From assembly GCA_036172245.1 (NCBI GenBank), contig JAYWIR010000023.1, positions 248,001-312,000 of the forward strand: 64,000 bases of DNA. Reading direction: 5' to 3'. A program made the position numbers and the translations under genes. The stretch's first letter is position 1; every line of letters begins with the position of its first letter. This document shows positions 54,000 through 64,000 of this stretch, in pieces. The stretch is from Raillietiella orientalis (lineage: Eukaryota). The notes under the pieces were generated by a model. It saw nothing but the letters and a program-made list of their open reading frames with translations. It was not told the origin of the DNA and made no database searches.

Positions 54000-56900
54000 T
54001 CCTGCGCAGGTGCGGTGGGCGTGGGGGCAGTCGGAACGCCTCAGGAGGATCGCGGAGCTGCGTGGATCGGAATGCCGCAGGTGGCGCCCGCGCTCAAAGA
54101 TCGGGGATCGGCAGTCGTTTCGAGTTTTCTGGGAAGAAAGGAATCGCTACTCAGAGCGGATATGGACTACGCTGGACAGCCTTCTGCTCAGGAGGACGAG
54201 GAGGAATTGCCCGTGGAGGAATCGGCTTGCACGCGCCTGATTGGTTGCTGTGGACTAGAATATTTCCGTCCTCGAGCGCATGCATCCTATTTTTCGGTCA
54301 CTTTTTCCAGGTTTCACTCGAGCAGCGTGAAAGATGCTGGAGGATTCTGGAGTGAGAGCGAGCGGCTTTCGAGGCTCCATCCTGCCCTTCGGGTTCGTGT
54401 TCTGGCTGCGCGCCCAACCCCTAGGTCAGCCAGAAGGGCGGCTCGATCATCGAGCTCGGAAAGCAGTTTCCAGTTGCATTCCTGCTGGCAGAGGGGGGAG
54501 GCGCTGGTGACGTCCGTCACCGAACGCGTTGCGCCGAGGGTGCACCAGGCTGCACCTCCTCGGCAAGAAGAAGAGCACAAAGCAGGCATCCTTCGTCCAG
54601 GAGCCATCCCGCTATAGAATCGCAGGGAGACCCCGCGAATGACTTCTCATCGCGAATGTCGAGGTGGTGGTGGTGGAAAGGTGGACCATGCAGTACGGAA
54701 ATGTGCCCTCGGATGTCCCTCTGAGTCCCTTGGCACGCTCTTCTGACGAATGCCCGAGAGAGAAAAGACTTCCCTCTCTCCCGTTTAAGAGGCTGTCTGG
54801 GAAGGGAAGGGAAGCAAAAAGAGCTATTCAGTCTCGCTACTTCAAAGCGTTATATACACGCATAGGTACATGAACCGCCCAACGAATGGTCTCCGTTTCC
54901 TGGACGACTGGGCTATATATTTCTTGGGGCATATATACACACATACACATATATTGGTATATATATGTGTGTGTGTATTATAGGTGCATTAACCGTGAGA
55001 TACCACAAGCTCCCAACGAATGGTCTCCGTTGCCTGGGCGACTGCTGTGCTACGTATACGTCGGGCGTCTTTCGAAATGCGAAACGTCTCGCATCGCTAT
55101 GGGGGTGTAATCTCTGTCACGCTGCGCCCCATTGCACTTTCACTTTCGCGACAGGGGGAGTGTCCCCGAGGGCGCTTGCAAGAAACGCAGCCGAGGCCTT
55201 CGAGGCTGTGCCTTGGCGGCGCCGACCGTTTTCGACGTGCCCTGGTCGCCCCGAGCAACCCGCCCTGGCCGCTTCGCTACTTCCCTTCGGCAAACTCGTA
55301 AGCTGAGCCTGACGACGAGGAGGGTGCACGCGTTTCCTGGAGGAGCAGCACGCGCTGGAAGTCGAAGCTTCTGCGCAGCTGTGGGAGACGAGAGAAGCAC
55401 ATGAGAGGCCGAAGAAGTCAGCTGCGGGGAAGCCAGTGAGAAGCGCATGTGGCGCCGATTGCCAAGATGGCGTGACAAAGACCGATCCTATTTTTAGAAA
55501 ATCTTCCTCATCTGTGGTGCATGCAGAAGGCTCTCAGTACGCTCGTTTATCGAGGAGCACAATAATTGGGTTTGGATATCGATAAATGGCCACTGCTGAT
55601 GCGGATGGCCTGGGGCTATCTCCGGTCGATTGTATCGCCCGCAGTTTTATCAGTGCCTCCACTGGGGATCCGGCCAACTCGGTTCGGTTTCCTCGCCCAC
55701 ACTTTGAAGGGGCGCCCCTATCTGGCCCCGATCGCCTCTCGATTTTTTGCGACGGCAGGAGGAAGCTACGCGAGTGAGGTGCCGCCGGTGCCGCCGCCGC
55801 GCCCCTCGGAGCAGCGGCTCTTCGTCCCTGCAGGAAAATCAAGAGCGGGGAGGTTGCCACCGGAGCAGCGCCTTCCTCACATCCGCTCTTTCCTTTCCGC
55901 TGGTGTCTCGTCTTGCAATCATAAAAAAAGGGAGACATCTGGACGCTCGAGGCATACGAGAAGAGGCGGCGTGCTCGGGAGCTGATCCCTCCACCTGCGG
56001 AGTGTCGGGTTTCTGGATTTCCCTCGGATTTCCTGTCTCCGTCTTCGTTCCTCCCACGCGCGCCCGGGTACGCGTCTCTGTCCATTCCGAAGAGGGAGGT
56101 CACCTTTAAGGCGGATGGATGATGCAGGTGTTTGCGCATCTGCGCTGCGCGTTGGCCGCGGCTCGTGCACAGGCGTGCGCTCAGGCGCCTCCGTGCGGGA
56201 TCAACGGTTGCGCACGCCCGGTCGCTCTAAGACGCGCAACCACGGGCCCCAGGGGCACCCTCCCGTACCGCACGTCCGAGGATGGGTTCGACGTGGATCC
56301 GGTGCCGCAGCCGGCGCTTGGACAAGCTCAGAGGCCAAGGAGTGAGGTAAGGGAACGCTCCTCTCCCCTTCCTCGGTGCCCGCAAGGAACCGTGAGATCC
56401 CGACCGGGATCGGCTCGGAGCAATTCCTGGAACAGCAGCAGGTAGGGATCGTGGGGACAGGGAAGCGGTTGCACCAGGACCTTCCATCCCGTGGGGAGCA
56501 CGCGTCCGTCGGCGAACCGGGAAGCGGATGGGGGGGAGAGTGGGTCCCCTGGGGCCTGGAGACAGGGAGCGGGAGACCCAGACTCGACCGTCCCGAGGCA
56601 ACCCCTTTCCGGGTCGGCCCGTTTCGCCCGGCCACGCCAGGAGCGTCCCGCCGGACGCGCCCCGGACTAAGGCCGAAGGGCGGAGAGGGAGGTGGGACGA
56701 GCTTTTCCAGAGAGCGGCTCTGAGGTGCCTCTTCCTGCATGCAGGAAAGGTGTAAGAGAGGAGTCCCGGGTTTGCCCCGGACTCCTGCGACCACGCGCTC
56801 CTCGAGTCGGCGGGCCTTGCCCGACTAGGGAAGAGACAGAGGGAGATCGTGAGCGAGAAAAGCCCGCGTCGGAGTGGGAGAAGAAGGACGGGGGAGGAGG

Positions 56901-57750
56901 AAGATGCGGGAGCACCTTCTGGCTTCCTGGAGGGGCGCCTTCGCTGGAAAGCAGCAACGAACTGCACTCGAGCCTCGTGCGCGTACATCCTTCCTGCCCC
57001 CACTTCTCACGTCGCTGTCGCCAGCAGTCCCAGGGAGCCACGGAGGCAGCACTGCTCCTGGCTGTACCCGGTCTCCACGACCCCTTCCCTCCGCAGGTCC
57101 GGATCGGCAGGAGCCTTCCAGGATCCCGTCAGCGTGGCAGCAGCTCCTGCCTTCTCCCCATCCCGCGCAAGTTCCCCCGAACAGCGCCGCCGCCGCCAGC
57201 CGGTTCCCCAGGGAAAACGCTGTTGGCTGGGGGGATCCCGGTAAGGCGGCTGCCTCCAAGAGGAGGCGGGAACCGCGCGCTTCTCCTGGAGCTTTCTCTC
57301 TCTCCGGAGAGAAGCGCGTGCGCGCAGACTGGAGGGGAAGGGGAACGGCGGCTCCACTGGACCCCGGGAACGTTGTCGTCCAATTGCGCTTGGGGGGGAG
57401 GAGGCGTTTCTTTTCGAAAGGCAAATGGGTCACGTGGATCAGGACGTCCACTACGCTGTGGACAAAGTGGACAAGAGAGAGAGAGTCACAAGGGGATCCT
57501 CACGGGAAGGTACTCGAAGTGCCTTGGGTTCCCTTGGAGGACTCCTGCCTAGAAGTGCCTGGTCTGGCCGTCTGCCGGAAGCAGGGCCGACCCTCGGCTC
57601 GTTCCCTTGCCGAGACCTCTGTTTGCCCCTTTGTGGCGGCTCTTTCACGGCATATCCGAGGGCTCCACCGGAAGAATGCCTCACAGTACAAAAACGCCAC
57701 CACCTTTTCATTGCTTGTCACGGGAATCTGGAGCAGAAGCTCCCTCCGGG
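54000..57750 (+). mobile_element. Decayed L1/Tx1-like ORF2 (fossil H)
   Basis: Plus-strand order: TRLI..YFSV..GGFW (54230-54350, endonuclease end), YFKALYT (54838-54858), SLLPFGKLVS (~55280), IFCDG (55742-55756, FADD position), SWNSSR (~56430), RPKGGEG (~56675), CPFVAALSRHIRGL (~57625). Confidence 0.55.
54862..55044 (+). repeat. Diverged local tandem duplication with an AT/CA-rich spacer
   Basis: 54878-54910 and 55012-55044 match at 31/33; ATAGGTACATGAACCG (54862) vs ATAGGTGCATTAACCG (54980). Confidence 0.8.
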
Positions 57751-60674
57751 GCACCGAGCCTTCGGGGGGGGAGAAGACGCAAGTGCTGCGATCTTTCGAG
57801 CCTCCTCATCGGCCGCGGAGGACTCTTATCCCTCCTTCCTCGCGCGCAGCCGCACCCCAGTGCATCTCGGTGCGGGCCCTGGCGGCTGCCCCCCTGGAGA
57901 GAGAGAACGGCTGCCTCCTGCCGCCCCGAGAACCGTGACGTCTGGTTGCGAGAAGCCGCTCGCACGTGGACGGAGATCTACGTAGCGAGCGCGAAGCCGC
58001 TTCACTGCCCGTGCTGTGGGAGGCTCGTAGAGTACGGCTTGAAGGCTCGTGGGCAGCTCGTCAACGGGAGCTCCTCCTCGAGAGTCCCCCCAAATTGACG
58101 ACAGTCCTAGCCCCTGGAGATTCCTCCGGAAGATCCGGTGCTGCCCGCGATTTTCCTGACGGAAATCGGCGCCGCTGTTGTTGCACTGGAACCTCCGCGC
58201 AACGCCCGCGAGCTGCTCTGGACTAGGGGGAAGGCGGGCGGGGACCCGAACTGTTGTGGGTGAGGAGGAGGAAGATCTCTCCCCGCACCTGCTTGTGCAT
58301 TGCATTGTCCCCTGGCCCCTAAGTGGGGACGTTTAGCGACGGCCCTCCGGATCCTGTGGGCAACCCCAGAGACGTAACGAAGCGCCTCTTCGTGCGGGAT
58401 GCGTTGCCGCAAGCCACGTTGTCAGAAGCAGCCGTTCTCTGCCTTCACGGGCTGTTGGTGCCGTCGAAAGAGGCCAGCCAGGCAGGGATGCCCTCCACTT
58501 TACCGTTCTCTTCCCGTGGATCGCGAGATGTCCCCATCTTGCGGTCCATGGGAACCTGGGGAATATGCAGGCATCCTGTAGAGGGAGCAGAAGGCTCCCC
58601 CAAGAGAATGTGATCCCGAACTCCCCCTGAGAGTTTTGCGTTTTTCTATTTTGTTTTACTCTTCGTTTGCTCCCTTCCCTTCTGTTGCCTGGGCAAACCG
58701 CGCCGGTGCGCGTCGGCATCTCGGCATGCTCCCCTGAACGTTTGGACGTGGCACGACCAGCAGTCCTGCCGCCAACCGTTGGTAGTTCTTTTCTTAATGA
58801 ATACTCTGTGTTAGCCGGTGGCAAATAGTTGGCTTTGCACCTTCATCTTAGCCGAAAGGCCAAAAAGCGATGCTGCAGCGAGGAGTAACAGCCCGGCGGG
58901 CACTGTTGTCTTCACCCCCGCTGGAGCCGAACGCTCCAGGATTTGCTCGCCCAGCAGACATCTCTGCCCCGTATTTCCAGAGCTGCCGTTCGGCCAGCCT
59001 GCGCACGTCCAGGCGTGTGGAGTGGGTCCGCGAAAGAGGACAGTTGTTCCCGATGCCTCCTTGGGTAGGTGCGGTGGACACCGAACGCAAAACCGTCGGA
59101 CAGAGCCCTTGACGTTGTTCCGGTTCTCCATCTTGTCGATAGCACGGAGCGGCTCTAGATCTCCCGGGTGGCTGTGCCAATCCCACGGTGACCTCCACAG
59201 ATTCATGGGAACTCTTTCTTGCGAGAATGCATCTCGAGTTCGATCCTGGAAAGGTCTGAAAGGGTCGATCTCACTTTGCCTCTCGGCCCCGTGTGGCTGT
59301 CGAGGTACATCTTGTCGGCCGAGTCGTCACATGCAGGCTCGTCGGTGAGCAAGCTGGTCACGTGCAGCGACGCGCGCAACTCGTCCACCTGACCTCTATG
59401 ATCTCTCCATCTCACGATGTCCCTTGATGGCAGATGAGCATGGAAACCCCCTGCTATCCAAACCCGCTTTGCGTAGCCGGTGGCTTCCGAGTGCATCGAA
59501 GAACCGAGACCGTTCGGTTTGCGCGCCCTGTGGTGCGCGGGGGTGTTCGCCACTGAGGGATCGACCGCATAGTGCCACTCGAGCCCAACTGGTCCACTCG
59601 GTAGACGCCGTCGAAACGGGCGCTGAGCGTGGCATTCGCGAGGTGCGCGCGTGCGCGAGGAACGGCAACGCTAGCACAGCTCATCCTGGACGGGGGAGCC
59701 TCTGCGTCCACTGCTTCCTCCGTGGGAATCTCGTGGACTCACTGGAGGAGAGCGAGGGCAAAGTGGCGCGCAGGGTTTCGGCCGCGGCTCGGTTTCCTGC
59801 GTCGTCGGGAATTCCGTCGGCGTTCTGAACGGCAGTCCATGCAACGACCCGATTCCCCGCAACGCCGCTGGGAAGTCTAGGCCGTGGTTCCAGCTTCGCA
59901 CTGAAGCTCTTCCCTAGTGGAGAGGGAGGAGGGATCCAGGGGTTTCATTCCTCCCTTTCGCTTCGACCTCCTAGAAGAGAGATCCAGTGCTCTCCCAAAG
60001 TCCGCTGACGCGAGCACCTCCTGGGACTGGTGCGTTTTCATGGGCGACGAAGTGCTTCTTTGCCTGTGCTCACTGGGAAGATGACTTTGAGGTGACCTTT
60101 GGGTGATTCTGGGGTGCATGTCCGGGTCTCCTGAATCCTCCAAAGAGAAGAAAAGAAAAATCCTCCTCTTTCGGATCTCCGGCATCTCTCCTTGCAGATG
60201 CCGCGGAAGCCAACCGCGGAGTAGTGCTTTCAGAGAATCCTCGCCATGGGGAGATTCGGGGCGTCGCGTCGCTGGACGGGATCCATCCACGGGGGGAAAG
60301 ACAGCAGGAGAAGTGTGTAGGCCGATTTCTGCTTAGCGTTCCCAGAGCTCAAGCACTGGGGGCTCAGTTACTGCTTTCGAGTTATTCTCGTTGATGACTT
60401 CCTCCGCTTCCCTGCGGTTGAACTTCAGGGGTTACACGAGCTACCATTCTACCACTGCTGCTGTGTACTTGGAACTCCTGGGAAAGGGGGGCGGACACCT
60501 CCGTGCATCCGTCAGTGGTCCCTGGGTTCTCCCCGCGCGTCCACTAGCAGGAAGATCATGTGACTCCGGCCAAAAGATGACTGACTTTTGTTTTGTCCCT
60601 GCTCCAGATTCCCGCGAAAAAGCAACGAAAAGGTGACGGCATTTTTGTACTGCGAGGCGTCCTTTCGGTGGAGC
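57662..60674. repeat. Inverted repeat pair 57662-57736 / 60599-60674
   Basis: Hand alignment gives about 65/76 identical positions. Confidence 0.85.
59100..59880 (-). mobile_element. Decayed L1-type endonuclease region (fossil I)
   Basis: Minus strand: ALRGI (~59860), RVWIAGGFHAHLPSRD (~59420-59465, GDFN motif), DLSRIE (~59245), GGHR (~59190, SDH position). Confidence 0.45.
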
Positions 60675-61580
60675 TCCTCTCCGCTCGCACAGAGGGATGC
60701 AGGGATTGAGGTGTTGCTGGGTGAGGAAGGCTCCCCCATCCTGGAGGGTCTCCTCTATAAGCAGGTATGGCTTCGCCGACCGACCCGTAGGCTACAGATG
60801 TCTTCGACGAGAGTCGGTCGATCAGCGGGGGGAATCTTGCGTGAGGAAGGGGCTGGCTTCCCACTGCCCACGGCTCGTGCCGGCGAAGAGGGAAGCAAAA
60901 AAAGGTGCTCTCTTTGCCACCGGCGCGCGCGTGGTGGTCAGCCTGTCCCTCGCAAAAACAACCCCCGGATGTGCCGTGAAGGAGCTGCCACCCGGGGGGC
61001 TCAAGCGGCAGCGCCAGTCCGCGCCGCGGCCCTCGCTTTCCGAAAGGCCGGTGAGCTACCGGTTGCGGCTGTACTGGTTTCGACGCACGCCTCCTCTCCC
61101 GTGTGTGTGTCTACACAGGAGCAGGGAGTTTGTGACGTGAGCTCAACAGGAATTCCTTCCACGCCACAAGATTTGCTGAGCTCATCTTCCGACGATGACG
61201 TTAGCGGAAAACACTCTTCGCACCTGCAGAAGCGGCACCTCCTCGTCTGGCGTACGCTTCCCTTTGAAAGCCCGAAGAAGTATTTCCACATGGTACAAGC
61301 AAAAGTCGTCACAGCACATTTTCGTACACAGGATGGAACGAACCGTGTTGCTTTCACCTGTGCTCTTTCTCCGGGTTAGCCCGGTGGGAGCAGGCTCCAG
61401 GAAAGGGACCACCAGTCCTGTATGCTGCTCTCAAGAGTACAAAGCACAGCCCGCATGGAAGAAGCATCGTGCCTTTGTGGGCTCCTCGATTTGCGCCGCT
61501 GCTTACCTTTCGTACAGTGTTAATACTGCATTGACCTTTGTGGCTGCAAAGGCAATACTGCAAAACCGAGTGTCCTAGAA
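60500..61580 (-). mobile_element. Decayed 3' half of an L1/Tx1-like ORF2 (fossil J)
   Basis: Minus strand: VNAVLTLYER*AAAQI (~61490-61535), TGESNTVRSILCTKM (~61320-61360), MWKYFFG (~61280). Its 3' segment is homologous to the end of fossil H. Confidence 0.55.
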
Positions 61581-61584
61581 TAAA

Positions 61585-61630
61585 ATGATCAATAAGATAC
61601 ATGTGTTTTTATTTGTACCTAACATAATAG
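61585..61630 (+). CDS. CDIPT: Exon 1 of phosphatidylinositol synthase (CDP-diacylglycerol-inositol 3-phosphatidyltransferase); the gene continues beyond the window
   Basis: MINKIHVFLFVPNII-G matches the PIS N-terminal motif xFLFVPNxIG; AAAATG context; phase-1 donor G|GTAGGT at 61631. No exon 2 (YARI) was found before 64000. Confidence 0.8.
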
Positions 61631-64000
61631 GTAGGTTTTTCATTATATGGGTGTTTGCTTATGTGGATTCTTTTTTTTTCTTTCTTTCTTCTTTCCGACT
61701 TGATGTTGTTTTACGTTGTGCAGACTCGCTGCCAGGCGTGAATTCGAAATCTGATGTATGTAATGTATTTCGTAAGATCAACTTAACGTGTAAGGAAAAC
61801 ATTGAGTACAAGCATGCTGTGTGTTTTTTTTGTTTCCGCTTAGGGTCCTTTGTTTTTTCGATTTTTATCCGTGCTTCGGGGTTTTCTGCCTTCCCGTGTG
61901 CAAAATTCCACGGGAAAAAGCTTCGATTGATTGATTCGATTTTTGACACTCACCTAGGGGAAAGTGCTCGCCACAGGAGTAATTTTTTTGAAAAAAAATT
62001 GGAGGTGCGGTTCTTTGTGTGTGTTTCTTCCAGGTGGTGAAATCTGGGAGCGTAACTTTTTTTTATACTAGCTTTTTTGTGAGCATTTCCGTATCAGGTT
62101 TCCAACTTTTTGGTCTTATCGAATTAAGTGACAGTTGTGGTTAAGTAGGAACGGTTTTCTCAAGGTGCAGCTTTGGTTTGGCAAACTCCTGCTTTCCTGC
62201 CTTTTAATTGAAATGCTTTTTAATTACTTTGAATGTTTTTCAATATTTAAATATTGTTTTGTGTAGCTCCCAACAGTGTGAGATGCTTGGCAATTACTAT
62301 GCTGCTGATTCAAATGCATTAGGTTTTTATTTCGAAAACAGCCAAATGCTGAGCCAAGGCCTACCCTTTTTTCTTTGTAATATGCATTTTGATTCGAGGA
62401 TGTTTTTAAAAGCACCGTATTTGAGATTTCTCGAATTTCTTGAGGATTCAGTAACAGGCATGGACCACAAAGCCAGTTGACTTCTTGTAGGCCAAGACTT
62501 AAACAAATCCTGATGAAATTGTTCATATACAGTTCATTGGTGTGAATATGCGGGGTATGAATATCAGTTGCATAGTAAGTGAAAGTACTCAGTAAAAGTT
62601 TCAGAAGACATGTACAAATCCCTCAAATTGAGCAGTAATGTTCTTATTACCATGATTCAAACTTAACATCTTGTATGGAATGTGTGCCCTGTTTTGCACA
62701 TCCAAATTATTATAATGAACTTAATAAAAGTTCCATTATCTTTATCACAAAGAAGGAATTCCTAAGCATAATCTAGAATGTCAGGTGGAATGTGTACTTG
62801 CAATGTTTGTAGCACAGAACAAAAGTGTAGAAGATAAGAAAAACTGTGGTTATTAGGCAAAGTCAACAACTTTAAATAATCTCGATAGTCTTGCAATATA
62901 TTCTACTAGGAATTCCATATTACTGTATTCAAAATTTGTTTTTGATGGGTAAAGAAGCAAGTAATCAGAGTTCTTCCTTGTGAGTCAAAATGTTCTCAGT
63001 TGTTAAAAGTAAGAACTTTAGCACAGTGGTTCTCAAATGTAACAAGAATCTTCAGCAGAGGATCTGAATTTGCATAATGTCAAAATTATAACAAGGTTAT
63101 TGATTGCAAAATATCACCCTGATTTTTCTTTTTGGATATAGCTTTTGATTAATTAGTGTGGAAAGCAACTGGTTTCTCTTAGGCATGTATGGAATCCCAA
63201 ACTAAAGTGCATAGGATGGAAATCATTGTATTACAATGAAGAGTTATTAAAATTTCCATTTCCTGATTTGTGTTTTGAGAAATTTAAATGTCCAAAGTGT
63301 TGGCTTGTAGTCATTGTTGTGCATACTGAAGTCTATCTGCATTGTGAATGTTTATGAAATAAATATTGAATTATAGCATATACTATCTAAAACGTGGCAT
63401 GTGTTTTGCGGGAAATAAACAACTGGCTATATTTGTAAGTTGTTTGTTTTATTTTATCAAATCCATATAGTAATGCAAAACTTCAGTTTCTCAGTGTGGT
63501 GCATTGAATCCCCTGAATTGGTCTGAAAATTGGGACACAGTTGTTAACATTTTAATTTATACGAGAAAAGTCTCTAACAGATTTTAATCTAGGAATATTT
63601 TGGAAACTGAACAGCATAAGACATAAAAAAAAAAAAGAGAGTAATTGCTGTTTTTTTTTTAATCTCTGTGGTTCAGTGTTTACTTCTGTCAAAATTGTCA
63701 CTTGATGAGTTTAGTTTTGATAATTTACTAAGCAAGGTACATAATTAAAATAAATATTTCTTTAAAGAAATGCATAAAAGTTTTCCAAGATTGTTGAGGG
63801 GAATGGAGAGGAAATTCTATCAAAAAAAAAAGAAAGAAACTTAATATGAAGTATTGGTTGTTTTGAATTAATTTAATCATCTAAGTATTGATTTCAATAA
63901 TAACTTTCCCAGTAAGTTCGATGCAGTTACATCTATTAGCAGCAATACAAAAATAGGAGGCAAAGGAGTAAGCAGAAGCAGTAAAAACTAAATATAATAA

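Noticed and set aside
59424..59828. Apparent BIR-like Cys pattern (DRSVCAPCG)
   Set aside because: It lacks the full BIR C-x2-C...H...C spacing, and the opposite strand is better explained as an L1 endonuclease remnant.
61631..62040. Continuation of ORF 61585-62040
   Set aside because: Similarity to PIS stops at the donor site; the rest is T-rich intron read-through.
62224..62526. LGLQEV on the minus strand as another endonuclease remnant in the PIS intron
   Set aside because: A single short motif with no ordered support.

Overview
Animal genomic DNA, probably from an invertebrate (arthropod/ecdysozoan-like; this is inference). The window holds four complete protein-coding genes and the first exon of a fifth: tetra-ubiquitin (585-1502 +), a 2-exon NPY/NPF-type neuropeptide GPCR (6220-7856 +), a 6-exon kinesin-5/Eg5 (28967-32298 +), a 10-exon SLC7/LAT amino-acid transporter light chain (46457-51735 -), and exon 1 of phosphatidylinositol synthase (61585-61630 +). 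Much of the intergenic space appears to be tiled by about ten heavily decayed L1/Tx1-type non-LTR retrotransposon fossils. I recognised these by eye from ordered endonuclease/RT/zinc-finger motif remnants, so their boundaries are approximate. Base composition switches sharply between GC-rich and AT-rich blocks. Four observations stand out: (1) the kinesin-5 frame is intact but both switch I/switch II catalytic salt-bridge residues are lost (SSRSH->ASQSH, DLAGSE->DLAGSG), suggesting a catalytically dead or rigor-type pseudo-motor; (2) all four ubiquitin units differ from each other and from canonical ubiquitin, and one carries a Cys; (3) a 75-bp inverted island of about 85% identity links two otherwise unalignable fossils; (4) decayed tRNA-like sequences sit among the fossils. 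Most short ORFs in the supplied track are GC-content artefacts. No database searches were run; family assignments rest on recalled motifs.
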